Made by a program: the position numbers and the translations under genes
In this document: positions 12,340 through 25,805 of the stretch, piece after piece
Numbering within the stretch: the stretch's first letter is position 1
Layout of the letters: each line of letters starts with the position of its first letter
Notes under the pieces: generated by a model
What the model saw: the letters and a program-made list of their open reading frames with translations, nothing else
Databases searched by the model: none
Told to the model about the DNA's origin: nothing
From: Octopus sinensis
Taxonomy: Eukaryota
Length of the DNA stretch: 64,000 bases
Reading direction: 5' to 3'
Assembly: GCF_006345805.1 (NCBI RefSeq)
Contig: NC_043004.1
Location: 79,050,001 to 79,114,000 of the forward strand

Positions 12340-13232
12340 CGACCAAAGATTGGCCCAGGCCATGTCTAACTTAATAGCACCACCTGATAGGATTATCTAA
12401 ATCCTGTTTAAGTCAAGTTTTGTTTATGGTCCATTCAAGTAGTGAGTTTTTGTTGGGTGAGTTGTATCCAATTATGGGTGGCTTATCTGGGATTCTTTGA
12501 AGGAATCTATCCAGACTCCGTTTAAAGTTGATGGGATCCTTTTCCTCTTTGACCTCTTTCGGGACAATGTTAAATAGGGCAGGGCCTGTTGAGGAAAAGA
12601 AATTATGTTGCAGTGTACATGTATGCTGTGATTTTGAATTGGGCAGGGGACGTATGGCCCGTGGTCCCAGTCTTGGATGAACCTTGAAGCTAATGCTCAG
12701 GTCGTTTGGGAAAAGTTGGCGGTATATTCTCCACATCGTAGAAATGATGTACTGCTCAAGCGACGCTGAAGAGAGTAGAGTTTCAAGGCTTTAAGGCGGT
12801 CCCAATAATCGAGAGCAGCCATGCCTTCAATTCGCTTAGTGAGTGCCCTCTGGGGTGATTCAATCCTCGAGATGTTTTGTCCTGTATGGGGAGACCACAG
12901 TGGGCAGCAGTATTCGAGGTGTGGCCGTAAAAAGGAGGATAAAAGCGGTATGATGACACCCTGTTCTCTGGACCGGAAAGTTCTTAAGATCCCGGAACTC
13001 ATCCTACGAGCTATATCGACCTTCTTGTTGTGCACTCCAACTGAGATCGTCATCAACAATTACACGCAGGTCTCTGATATTGCTAGAGGCTGTGAGCAGT
13101 TCCTCTGAAGGAAGAGAGTATGGCTGTTTTAGTGAGGAATTCCTTCTAAAATGCATCAAATTTTCCCTCGTTCAGTTGCATTTTGTTTCTGTCTGCCCAT
13201 TGACTCACAGCATATAGATCAGACTGGAGTTG
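12340..13232 (-). mobile_element. CR1/L2-clade LINE, 5'-truncated, frameshifted 3' RT region
   Basis: Successive frames give LQSDLYAVSQWADRNKMQLNEGKF, RPHLEYCCPLWSPH...RALTKRIEGM..LDYWDRLKALKLYSLQRR and GPALFNIVPKEV...FKRSLDRFL..IPD. Confidence 0.9.
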
Positions 13233-13388
13233 ATATATTATATATATATAATATTGTACAAATATGAAACTCTCACATAAAGTACTCGAAGTTTCCCGAC
13301 ACGCCCACAAGTAGAAACTTACCCGATTTAGACTCAATAATCAACGCACGTTGATTGTCTATCATATACTGTCATATTTATATACATA

Positions 13389-14677
13389 CGAGGGGCGTTC
13401 AATAAGTAATGCCCCTGACCCACTTCCCATAGCAGTAGAGCAACGAAACTTGGCACAGTTATTAGTCTTTTTCTACATAGGAACCACCCAGAGTTACGCA
13501 TTTTCCCCATCGATTGATGCGGCTCTGGAGACCGTTTTTGTAGAAGAACCCAGCTTGGTCCTCCAACCTCAACGTGACTTCAGAAATCAAGGCTGCATCA
13601 TCTGGGGAACGCTTTCCTTTCAAAAACAACTTCATGATTGGGAAGAGGTGAAAATCAGAGGGTGCAAGGTCAGGAAAGTAGGGGGGATGGGGAGGAGTTT
13701 ATAGCCATACACCTGTGCTTCTGATCTGGCGACAAGCGAGTTGTGAACCGGAGCGTTGTCCTGTAGGAGGAGGATGCTTTTGCTGATCTTGCCCCGCCTC
13801 TTGATTTTGATAGCTTCTCTTAATTTCCTCAAAAGTGAAGCATAATAGGCTCCTGCAATTGTGGTACCCTTTGCCAGGAAATCTGTCATCACTACTCCGT
13901 CCTGGTCCCAGAAGACTGTGAGCATGACCTTGCCAGCGGAAGGCTGCACCCTTGCCTTCTTTGGAGGGGGTGAGTCACGGTGCTTCCACTGCATTGACTG
14001 GGCGTTGGTCTCTGGATCATCGTGATGGACCCAGGTTTCATCCTGTGTAATCAGTCTTTTGAAAAATTTTGACTCATCTTCTTGGCACATCTCCAAATTC
14101 ACCCTCGAGCACTCGACGCGTTCTTGCTTCTGGAAAGGCGTGAGCAACCTGGGAATCCATCTGGCAGACACCTTTTTCATATGCAAATGGTCATGAATGA
14201 TAGTTTCCACAGACCCGGTACTAATCTTGACCTCATGGGCTATTTGGCGAATAATTATGCGTCGATCTTCCAAAATGGCAGCCTCAACTTGACGGACAGA
14301 TGCCTCATCAATGGCAGAAGGGGGCGACCAGATCTGGGAGCTGTTTCCACAGAGTTCCGACCATGTTTGAATTCACGATGCTAGCGTTTTACAAGGTCAT
14401 ATGATGGGGCATCATTACCATAAGTTACTTTCATTTCATCAAAAGTCTCCGTGGTGTGCGTCCTTTCAAATACAAAAACCGGATCACTGCTCGACACTCA
14501 ACAGGCTCCATTTCACACTTGACTCAGTTCAAACACCTGTAAATCAGAAACCACAATTAATTCAGAGCTGTAATTTGCCACTTACTCTATAGAGATATAA
14601 ACAATTGCACATGCAAAATTTCAGCTAGATCAAACAAATGCAAGTGGGTCAGAGGCATTACTTATTGAACGTCCCTC

Positions 14678-14678
<1 letters not shown>
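13389..14678 (-). mobile_element. Mariner (DD34D, irritans-like) transposon, full length 1290 bp, frameshifted
   Basis: 37-bp TIRs CGAGGGGCGTTCAATAAGTAATGCCCCTGACCCACTT (2 mismatches) with TA TSD. Transposase runs 14511 to 13462 and contains WIPRLL, TQDETWVH, QDNAPVH and PDLAPSDF. Confidence 0.95.
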
Positions 14679-14762
<84 letters not shown>

Positions 14763-15425
14763 TATGTATGTATGTATGTATGTGTGTGTGTGTGTGTGTG
14801 TATGTATGTCCTGATCCTTCCATATTAATAAATAAAAATTCAACATCCAAAAATTCAACTTACATTGGCATTACATTACTCTTGCTTATAAACAAAACAA
14901 AGTAAAATAGCGTTTTTTGATGGCCGGAGTCTAATGATTGAAATAAATAAGAATAACAGAGAAAAGGACATTCAGTAGCGCAGAGTTTGATGCATGAGGT
15001 TTGAGTGTTTGCTCTCAATTATTCTACAATGCTGAAATAAGCTCGTATTAAGCAGTATCGCAGATTCGTACAGTTGTCATACAAGGTGTGATACCAATAT
15101 TGACTAAATGCAATACAATTTCCATTTGAGAGGAACGGCTGGCTATTGATTTACGTAAGAGTGTCATCTAAGACTTAATGTCAACACTGAAGTGTTTGAT
15201 TATTTGCAGAGCAAACCCGTTTCTGGTGTACAAAAACTATTATAACTGGTTATTTCTAAAAAAAACGCAAGCTAAGTGTTCATATCAACTGGTTTTACAA
15301 GTGTTTACAGAATCTCAGAGATAAAATTAAATTAATTTATCATACATATATACATAAATGAATACAGACAAATAGTGACAAATACATAGTTAGATAAAGA
15401 AATAGATACATTAATAGATAGAACA

Positions 15426-15462
<37 letters not shown>

Positions 15463-15819
15463 TATATATATATACTCTTTTACTTGATTCAGTCATTGAC
15501 TGAGGCTATGCTGGAGCACTGCCTTTAGTCGAACAGATTGATCCCCGGACTTATTGTTTGTAAGCCTATTATTCTATCGGTCTCTTTTGCCGAACCGCTA
15601 TTTATAAGGATGTAAACACACCAACGTCGGTAGTCAAGCGATGGTGGAGGGGACAAACACAGACACACAAACATATATATACATATTTACATATATATAT
15701 ATATATGAGAGGTATTGGTAAGGCTATGTAACTGCTATGGGAGGACTGTAGTTAGACTCTCAGTTCGATAATGATACGACTGAAGAGTCTAATGTGGATC
15801 TTATGTGAGCATGTATATG

Positions 15820-15900
15820 TTAAATAAAATGAGACAACAAAACCAAGGCTGTGTGGAATATTTTGACACACCCTTGGCTTTGTTGTCTCATTTTATTTAA
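15820..15900. repeat. 81-nt hairpin (35-bp arms, 33/35 identical, 11-nt loop)
   Basis: ttaaataaaatgagacaacaaaaccaaggctgtgt / acacacccttggctttgttgtctcattttatttaa. Confidence 0.9.
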
Positions 15901-15958
15901 CACATACACACACATATATATATATACATACATACATATATATATATATAATATATAT

Positions 15959-16011
<53 letters not shown>

Positions 16012-16768
16012 GACGGACTTCTTTCAGTTTCCGTCTACCAAATCCACTCACAAAGCTTTGGTCGACCCGAGACTGTGGTAGAAGACACATTCCCAAGGTG
16101 CCACGCAGTGGGACTGAACCACTGTTGTAATAAAAACAAAGAAGCCTGTGAATTTCAATAAGTTAGTATCTTACAACAGTTGAAGCGAAAGGTAAAATGG
16201 CTGACGTTTTAGACACAAAACCTTCGAAATGGACTCCTTGCCACAACCATATTTATTGACAACGACAAACACTCCTAGATTTCTATATTTGTGTGTTACA
16301 TAGATGGAAAACTACCTCCATTTTATTAATCTTTATTTTATCATTACCAACGTTTAAAGTATGATGGTTGAATAGCAGAATCGGTTGAGCGCCAGCCGAA
16401 GTAATTTTACGATATTTATTTACGTTTATTCACACTCTGGGACCAAATCCAATGGTGGGTGGTTTAATCTTGCGTTTTTCTGGGGTCGATAAAATAAATA
16501 AACAGTAAAATGGTAGAATAGATTGTTAATCCTTCTCCAGATGCCTAGTTTTGTGTCAATGCAGGAACCTATTGTTGTTCCAATACAGCATGACTGATGA
16601 GAAGCGTGGACGAAAAGAGGGTCCAGGTGCGAAGCGTTAAGTAAAATGCGTTGCTTTTTCATTCTGAGTTTTAAACTGGCATTGGACAAATTTGCTTTTC
16701 ATTTCGTTGGCATTGTTCAAATAGGCACTGGACATGTATCGTTGGCATCTATTTATGAGCTTAGCACG

Positions 16769-16800
<32 letters not shown>

Positions 16801-17122
16801 TATTATCGCTATCATTGTTCGTCTGTCTTTACATTTTCGAGTCCAAATGCCGCTGAGGTCGATTTTATTTTTCATTCTGTCGGGGTCGATGAATTAAGTA
16901 CCAGTTTGACACTGGTTTCGACGTAATCAACTTCCCCCTTCCCCCTGAAATTGCTGCCTTGAGCCAATATTTGAAACCATTTTTATTATCATTGTTGTAT
17001 CCCTTTCGTGGTCGATAAATTAAGTACCAGTTACGCACTGGGGTCGATGTAATCGATCATTCTCCTTCCCCAAATTTCAGGCCTTGTGCCAATAGTAGAA
17101 AAGATTATTATTATTGTTGTTT

Positions 17123-17342
17123 AAGGCGGCGATCTGGCAGAATCGTTAGCACGCCGGGCGAAATGCTTAGCGGTATTTCATCTGTCTCGACGTTCTGAGT
17201 TCAAATCCCGCTGGGTTCGACTTTGCCTTTTATCCTTTCGTGGTCGATAAATTAGGTACTAGTTACGTACTGGAGTCGATGTAATCGACTGGTCTCCTCC
17301 CTCAAAATCTCATGTCTTGTACCTTTAGTAGAAAGGATTATT
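17123..17342 (+). mobile_element. SINE family A copy within a cluster of SINE fragments (about 16800-17620)
   Basis: Head ggcggcgatctggcagaatcgttagc, B-box-like gagttcaaatcc, conserved central domain and tail. Confidence 0.85.
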
Positions 17343-17681
17343 GTCTTCGTTGTTGTTGTTGTTGTTGTTGCTATTGTTGTTACAGCAGTTATTGGTGTTG
17401 TTAGGATGGCAGATTGACGGAATCGTTAGGGTGTCGGATAAGCGCTTTGCATGCAGCAGTTGTTCCGACTTTATGTTATGCGTTCAAATCGTACTAAGGC
17501 CAACTTTACCTTTCATCCTTTTGAGCGTCGATAAAATAAGCACCAGTCAAAAACTGGAATAGATCAAATCGTCTTGCCCCACCCTTAAAATTGCTGGCCT
17601 TGTGCCAAAATTTTAAACAATTATAATTATTTCAATATTATTTACATTCATGTAATTATTATTGTCTTTATTCTTATAAAG

Positions 17682-17735
17682 GGAAACGATGGTCTTACTG
17701 GATTACCTGGTCGCAAAGGAGAGTCCGGAGAAAAG
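17682..17735 (+). CDS. Collagen exon GNDGLTGLPGRKGESGEK
   Basis: ttcttataaag|GGA...AAG|gtaaaa; 54 nt; AAG acceptor. Confidence 0.9.
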
Positions 17736-18431
17736 GTAAAAACTCTTCATTTTTATTCTCTTTTTCTGATATCTTAATTCTGAACATTTCTTTAATTTGG
17801 ATTAGTTATTTGTTATCTGAAACAATAATCCCTTTCTCGTGATGAGGATTAATTAATTACTGTTGATGGTGATATTTTATTGCTAAAATCTACAATTATA
17901 ACGAGCAAGATCCAACACCAAGGGCTGCAGACAAATTCTCTTGATGGGTTTGGTTAAAGAAGGCGGAGCTGTCGGCTGCTGTTGTTGCGGGGATGCTAGC
18001 TACAACTTGATCAACCGAACGAACGACTGACGAATGACTCAAAACCCTTAAAATCCTCAACGAATAGTCGTCCATAAAATGAAACACACTTAATGGAGAT
18101 ACAAAGACTTACATCTTAGCTCTGGGATATTCTTCCTTTTTCTCGGTTTACCGCAAACTAAGTTTAGCACTAAAAGTGTTACGGTATAATATCAGCCGCT
18201 TAAAATTTATATATATAAACTCTATATCTGGAATGAAGAATTTTAATTGCTGTTGGATTTTTCTCATAAGGTATCGGAGAGAATGGTATATATGTTATAC
18301 CATTCTGTCTAAAAAAATGGATCTACAAATTCAATATCCCTACATATCTCACATCTATTTTCTTTCCTCCAGTTCATTCTCTATTTTGTATCCCATCTAA
18401 ATTAATTATTACTTAACCATCTTCTCACACC

Positions 18432-18483
18432 GTCTCCGATGAATGGATATGATTAATAAATATCCTAGAAACAGCTCTAAGAC
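18432..18483 (+). ncRNA. Degenerate hammerhead-like motif
   Basis: GUCU-CCGAUGA-AU-GGAUAU...AUAUCC-UA-GAAA-CAGCUC-UA^AGAC. Stem I GUCU/AGAC is perfect and stem II is 6 bp. Carries a U4C change and a broken stem-III palindrome. Confidence 0.45.
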
Positions 18484-18589
18484 CTTCCATCTATAAATGT
18501 TCTAATATCTACACAGCTTTGGTTTTTTTTATCTCATTACACAAAAATTCTTTTATACATACATATATACATACATACATACATAAAAA

Positions 18590-18651
<62 letters not shown>

Positions 18652-19761
18652 CTAACGTTAAACATAGGTGGGGAGGCGCAGGCGTTGCGTTTGACGGCAA
18701 AGCAATACACACGCGCCAGTGGCAGGCATTAACATCACTCAATTTTCTAAATACTCTCGCATTTTATGACTCGTCTCAAAACTTTGTTAAGCACGTGCGG
18801 GCCATATGTAACGTCGAATGTGTCTGCTTGAGACATATAAAACAATATGCAATGACAGTGTATCTCCTACTACTGCTGCTGTTACTACTACTACTACTAC
18901 TACTACTACTGGTTTGATGATCTGTGTCGTATTATGTGTTATCCATCAACGAGACAGCAACTCATTTATAATTGTCAAGTAGCTGGCACTTTAAAAGTAT
19001 ACTCGTATTGTTAAGTTCATCCTGACATCTTAAACTAGGTTAATATCGTTAATGAGAAAAGTGCAGAGCTTTCGCTTACCGTGTGTGTTATGGGGTGGGA
19101 GTGAGCTGGAGGATATTATTTTGTGTATCATGTTTTATGCGGGGGTTAATGTGTGCTATATTTCAGAATCTATGAAGAAAGTAATTAAAAGCATTCCATT
19201 TGTCAAATGACGGAAGCTGTTTGATGTCTCCTCGTAGATTAGAAAGCAAGAATTTAGCCTCACGCAAGATAATCAATTATAAAAGTTTGTTACCTGCTTG
19301 AGCGTAATTACCTGGAAATATCTCCAATTAACATTTAAAATTTCCATTTTCAAAATCGCCACAGTCTCTTCTGCACATAATTTTTAGGTTTGTTATTAAG
19401 TCCCCGTGCGATGTTTGACATTATGTTTCCATAGCAACATATATTATCTTACATTTAAAATTGATGGTTACGAAATTCTTAAACGTTTGATCTTTATATC
19501 TTATATCTTTTACTTGTTTCAATCATTAGACTGCGGCCATGCTGGGGCAACGCCTTGCAGGATTTTAGTTCAATAGATCGAGTCTAGTACTTATTTCTTT
19601 AAAACTTGGTACTAATTTTGTCGGTTTACTTTTGCCAAACCGATAGGTTAGGGGGACGTAAACATACCAACACCAGTTGTCAAACGGTACTGGAGGACAA
19701 ACACAGGAACACACACAGGTATACATACATACACATGTACGTGCATACATACATACATACA

Positions 19762-19823
<62 letters not shown>

Positions 19824-19830
19824 ATATATA

Positions 19831-20686
19831 TTGGATTGGGGAATAATTCATGGGCGTCTTTTATTTTCAAATTTAGAAATAAAACGCATTAGCAAAATCT
19901 TTTACGTTACTTGAAAGAGAATTTTTTTTTTGTTCTACAAGATAGTGTATTTTGATTTTTTGATTTTATCGATTTTTTTCTTTTTCCTTTTTGTCTTTTC
20001 AGATCATTAAAATGGAATGTCAAGTGGACAAAACTGAGCATTTTCGACGCTATTTGCTTTTTGTAAAATTCCCGAAACTGCTCGTGAGATTTGTGCTGTG
20101 TATGGAGGAGTAATGCTTCAAAGTACTGTCCACCGTTGGTTTTCGCGCTTCAAAAATGGGTCAACCAATTGAGTTCGATGAACCTTGTCTATTGAATGAA
20201 AGTGGTTCACCGCAGTTTTTTTTTTATCCTAATCCAACTGCTCTACGTCATTTGACGTGGATTTTCGTGTAGAAGTTGATTCAATCGAAATCATTTGGTC
20301 GACTGGTGTGTGATCTGTCTTTGAGGTCAAAATACCCATTTTTGAAGCGCGGAAACTAATAGCATGCGCTATCTTGAGGTATTGCTCTTACTCCATATAC
20401 AGCACAAATCTCACGAGTAGCTTCGGCGCCCTTAACATCTCGATTAAATGCAAAAAGCAAACGGTGTCGAAAATACTCAGTTTTCTCCACTTGACATTCC
20501 ATTTTAATGACCTGAGAATACACAAAAATCAATTAAACTTTGAAATCAAAACACACTATCTTGTAGAAAAAAAAAGACTTTTTCAAATAACATAAATAAT
20601 TTTGCCAATGCGTTTTATTTCTGCGTGCATTTTTCATTTTTAAATATGAAAAAGAAAGAATGCTCATGAATTATTCCTCAACACAA
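19831..20686. mobile_element. Mariner foldback: two diverged left ends in inverted orientation
   Basis: Both ends read TIR, then 5' UTR, then ATG GAA TGT CAA GTG GA (MECQVDKTEHFRR / MECQVEKTEYFRHRLLFAFNR...FKNG) pointing inward. TA flanks on both sides. Confidence 0.85.
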
Positions 20687-20806
20687 TATACATACATGCA
20701 TACATACATACATACATAAATACATACATACATATCTATATATATATATATATACATACATACATACTACATACATACATACATACATACATACATACAT
20801 ACATAC

Positions 20807-20860
<54 letters not shown>

Positions 20861-20904
20861 ATTTTACAACCTAAAGGCAGAAATTATATATATATATATA
20901 TATA

Positions 20905-20957
<53 letters not shown>

Positions 20958-21086
20958 CAGACATTTTTCACTCTCCATCTACCAAATCCACCCAGAAAGT
21001 TGGATCCGTGTTTCCAGCCAGCTGCCATGATTGACCGCTAGCTCCTAAAGTTTTTTTTATTCTCTCTGTTTATTTTCTCGTGTTCC

Positions 21087-21120
21087 TTTCTGTTGAAGAG
21101 CATAGGCTCGAAACGTAAAA
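21087..21120 (+). ncRNA. Minimal hammerhead-like motif (A6U core variant)
   Basis: UUU-CUGUUGA-A-GAGC-AUAG-GCUC-GAAA-CG-UA^AAA; same family as 50227, 26146, 27713 and 63289. Confidence 0.5.
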
Positions 21121-21441
21121 TACTTTCTCACCTTCCCGAGCGTTAAAATAACAAACCTGTTTGATTTTTATACGCCTGTCTTCGTTTTTTTTTTTTTGTT
21201 TTTCTGTAAATTTCAACTATAGTAGAAGACACTTGTCCAATGTGCACGCAGAGAGAGTGAACCCGGAACCATGTGGTTGTGAAGCAAACGTCTTACCACA
21301 CAGGCACTCACGTGCCTAATATATATATTATTTACCAATGTTACATTCCACGAATAGAAACCACTTAAATACCATTTTCTCCGACTCCCTGCTAAGCAAT
21401 GGCTGACGTTTTAATTATTTTTTTTCTTTTATTCCAAATAG

Positions 21442-21495
21442 GGTCGAAATGGAGAACGAGGCGACGAGGGTACACCTGGTGATCCTGGATTAAAG
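21442..21495 (+). CDS. Collagen exon GRNGERGDEGTPGDPGLK
   Basis: ccaaatag|GGT...AAG|gtaagc; 54 nt. Confidence 0.95.
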
Positions 21496-21931
21496 GTAAG
21501 CAAATTTAAATTAATATTCATACACTCTCACTTTTACTAATTTACAGGTAATTACACTGAACAGAAATTAACAAATTCTTTTTATCTTTTACTTGAGTCA
21601 TTCATTGGACTGCGGCCATGCATCGCCTTGGGAGTTTATTATTTTTTATTTTAGTCATACGAATCGATCCCAGTATTTATTACTTTTTAACCCCGGTACG
21701 TCTTCTATCGGTTCTTTTGCCGAACCGTTATATTACTGGAACATAAACAAACCAACACCGGTTGCCAAGTAGTGGGGTGGTACAAACTCAAACACACACA
21801 CATATACATACATATATATGAATGACTTCTTTTAGTTTCCGTTAACTACATCCCAGAGATGGAGCTTTGTATCTTTGATGGAAACCGGCTCCCTCCTCAG
21901 TGGAAAATTTATAATAATTAAAAAATAGAAG

Positions 21932-22532
21932 ACATACAGACATACATAGAAACGTACATACATACATACATACATACATACATACATACATACATGCATA
22001 CATACATACATACATACATACATACATGCATACATACATACATACATAACATACATACATACATGATACATACATACATACATAACTACATGCATACATA
22101 CATACATACATCATACTACATACATGCATACATACATACATACATACATACATACATGCATACATACATACATACATACATGCATGCATACATACATACA
22201 TACATACATACATACATACATACATACTGCATGCATACATACATACATATATACATACATTACATACATACATACATACATACATGCATACATATATATA
22301 CATACATACATACATGCATACATACAACATACATACATACATACATACATACATACATAATACATACATACATACATACATACATACATGCATACATATA
22401 TATACATACATACATACATACATGCATACATACATACATACATACATGCATACATACATACATACATACATATAATACATAACATACATACATACATACA
22501 TGCATACATACATACATACATACATGCATACA

Positions 22533-22568
<36 letters not shown>

Positions 22569-22889
22569 CATACATACATACATACATACATACATACATA
22601 CATACATGCATACATACATACATACATAACAACATACATACATACAGACATACATAGAAACGTACATACATACATACATACATACAGACATACATAGAAA
22701 CGTACATGCATGAATACATACATACATACATGCATACATACATACATACATACGTACATACATACATACATACATACATACATGCATACATGCATACATA
22801 CATACATACATACATGCATACATACATACATACATACATACATACATACATACATACATACGTACATACATACATACATACATACATAC

Positions 22890-22920
<31 letters not shown>

Positions 22921-22947
22921 CATACACACACACATACATACATACAT
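21932..22947. repeat. About 1-kb (TACA)n microsatellite with TGCA/TATA variants
   Basis: Directly visible; source of the MYVC/HTYI pseudo-ORFs. Confidence 0.98.
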
Positions 22948-23570
22948 GTTTTGTGATCAACGCATAAATTAGTAACAAACTTTATTTTGATTTGTTTCTT
23001 TTTATCTCACCAGAAATAATTAAATAACTATTAGCAATATTTTCGCTCTTTACTAAAATGAATATAATTTTTTTTAAAGTACAAAATTGGCTTCGTGCCC
23101 AGCACTCAAACTAAGGCTAAATTCCTTCGAAAACCAATGCATACACATATTAGGCATTTCATTATTTAAATTCTATCTTGTCGTTAATACTTCTCAATAA
23201 TGTAGTCGGCATTATGCGAAAATATGTTTCTTTAAAGTACATCTGATGTAGTTTTCTTAATTATTCTGAGAAAACGCCCGACAAAATATTTCAAACGCCC
23301 TTGAAAAAGAACCATGTGAATGCCGCAGATTAATTTTACCCTTCGTCTATGAAGCTAAATAAAGCATGCCGCCGTGTGTTTGTTTGTGTGTGGGAGACTG
23401 TATTGATGTTAATCATAATCTTTGTTAGTATTTGCTCAGCAAGAGATTTGCTTTTATTTAAATGATTCCGTTGTTAGCTATATATGGCAATTTTAAAATT
23501 ACAACCCCGTAACTCAGTTACAAACATGCACACAGGCACGCACGCACACACACACACACAATATATATAT

Positions 23571-23973
23571 CTTTTACTCTTTTACTTGTTTCAGTCATTT
23601 GACTGCGGCCATGCTGGAGCACCGCCTTTAATCGAGGAACTCGATCCCGGGACTTATTCTTTGTAAGCCCAGTACTTATTCTATCGGTCTCTTTTGCTGA
23701 ACCGCTAAGTGACGGGGACATAAACACACCAGCATCGGTTGTCAAGCAATGCTAGGGGGACAAACACAGACACACAAACATACACGCACACCTATATATA
23801 TATACATATATACGACGGACTTCTTTCAGTTTCCGTCTACCAAATCCACTCACAAGACTTTGGTCGGCGCGAGGCTATAGTAGAAGACGCTTACCCAAGG
23901 TGCTACGCAGTGGGACTGAACCCGGAACCATGTGGTTGGTAGACAAGCTACTTACCACACAGCCACTCCTGCG
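23571..23973 (-). mobile_element. SINE family D (tRNA-like head), near full length
   Basis: Minus-strand head cgcaggagtggctgtgtggtaag...ccgggttcagtccc (A/B-box-like). Related copies at about 15475-16110, 19500-19720, 21585-21850, 37745-37890 and 38240-38440. Confidence 0.85.
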
Positions 23974-24007
23974 TATCGGCATGTGTGTGTACACATATAT
24001 ATGAATA

Positions 24008-24046
<39 letters not shown>

Positions 24047-24257
24047 ATATATATGCTTTCATAATACCATTAATATGTATTATATATACGTATGCAAACT
24101 ATCTCTCTATCTCTCTCTTCTCTCTCCCCCCTCTCTCTCTCTCCCCTCTCTCTCTCTCTCTTATATATATATATATGTGTACATACATACATATATATAT
24201 ATATATATTATATATATATATATTATATATAATATATATATACATATATGCATATGT

Positions 24258-24318
<61 letters not shown>

Positions 24319-24321
24319 TAT

Positions 24322-24984
24322 ATTAATAGTTATCGCCAAGCTAACATGGCAGTCCTGGAAAATAGGACGAGTACTGCCGTTGGTTAGCTCCAAGAGGCCA
24401 TCGCCTCTAGCTAGCTATGTAACACACGGACCTGTGTCCATTATAACCTTCGAACAGGGGGGGTCAGCATGTTCCCCTTGTTGGTTTGGAATCTACAGAC
24501 TAGTTTCGGGGTAGTTGCCCTTTATCAATGTAGAGTAGCCGAATCCAGCAGGCGTCACTGCTGACCGTCTGTTCGAAGGATTATTTACCTAAATTCAGAG
24601 GAATACATCCACTGGTTTTCAAAAATCGAAATATTAATATTTCTAAATCTCTCTAAAGGAGACTACGGCAGCGGTACTGGATATTAATAGTTATCGCCAA
24701 GCTAACATGCTGGGTTCGGCTATTCTACATTGATAAGGGACACCTACGCTGAAACTAGTCTGTAGATGCCAAACCAGCAAGGGGAAGCTGCTGACCTCCC
24801 CTGTTCGAAGGTTATAATGGACACAGGTTCGTGTGTCACATAGCTAACTAGAGGTGGTGGCCTCTTGGAGTTAATCAACGGCAGCACTCGTCCTATTTTC
24901 CTAGACTGCCATGTTAGCTTGGCGATAACTATTAATGTCCAGTACCGCTGCCGTAGTGTCCTTTAGATATATTTAGAAATATTA

Positions 24985-24988
<4 letters not shown>
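24322..24988. mobile_element. Composite foldback/MITE: 24322-24550 is an inverted copy of 24708-24936; 24631-24709 and about 24910-24988 form TIR-like ends
   Basis: Read directly on both strands. Shares aacatggcagtcctgg...aggacga with the 32741 element. Confidence 0.85.
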
Positions 24989-25072
<84 letters not shown>

Positions 25073-25805
25073 ATATTGTATTACTTTACATCACTTGTTA
25101 ATTGTTCCTACAATATTTCGGGTAACTTTCACCTTACATTTGTTGACTAAATTCATCAGCTTTGCTCAATGACTTTTTTCAAACACTTGTATCTTTCGTA
25201 TTTTTCCGTCTATGATCCAATTTTCATTGCATTTACCTTACATCGAAATGGTTAAACGAACAGAATACATAATCACTAGTTCGAACGTGTACATTCCATT
25301 AACTTTTGTTACTGAAACTCAGGTTATTTTGCCTTAGAAAAAATTTTGATACACGACCTAACAACAAAAGATTCCTATTTTCAAAAACGTATTTTTGAAA
25401 TGCCAACAAAAATTTCCAATTTTTAAGTTATGTAAAAATTTTGAAAGTTACAATGAACAAATATTTGTTGGGCGTAGTTGTAAACGAAATTTTCAAAAAA
25501 TTAGGCTTTAAAATATTATGATTAGGAATAGAAAACATACCACTTGAAGTTGTTAGTTTCAACGTCTGATACATACACACAAACACACATACACACATAG
25601 ACACACCACACACACACACCACACACCACACACATACATATATATACTTCAGTCGACAACTGACGTGATGGTACACCACACACCTGCACAGGCAACGTTG
25701 TTTTTACTCAGGTCCGTCAGCTAATGTGGAGCATAAACATTTGATAGCAATAAACAAATCATTGTTCTGCGTGAAATTACAGATGAGTCCAATATATATA
25801 TATTC

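Noticed and set aside
16594-16627. CTGATGA...GAAA...GTC hammerhead-like string
   Set aside because: No stem I complementarity and no real stem II; compatible with chance.
18271-18300. GIGENGIY-like Gly pattern
   Set aside because: No phase-0 acceptor, only partial periodicity and no convincing exon boundaries.
21842-22978. 378-aa and other long ORFs (MYVC/HTYI/IYIY/CVCV repeats) here and at about 30250, 50340 and 61150
   Set aside because: They are translations of stop-free microsatellites, with no coding signal.
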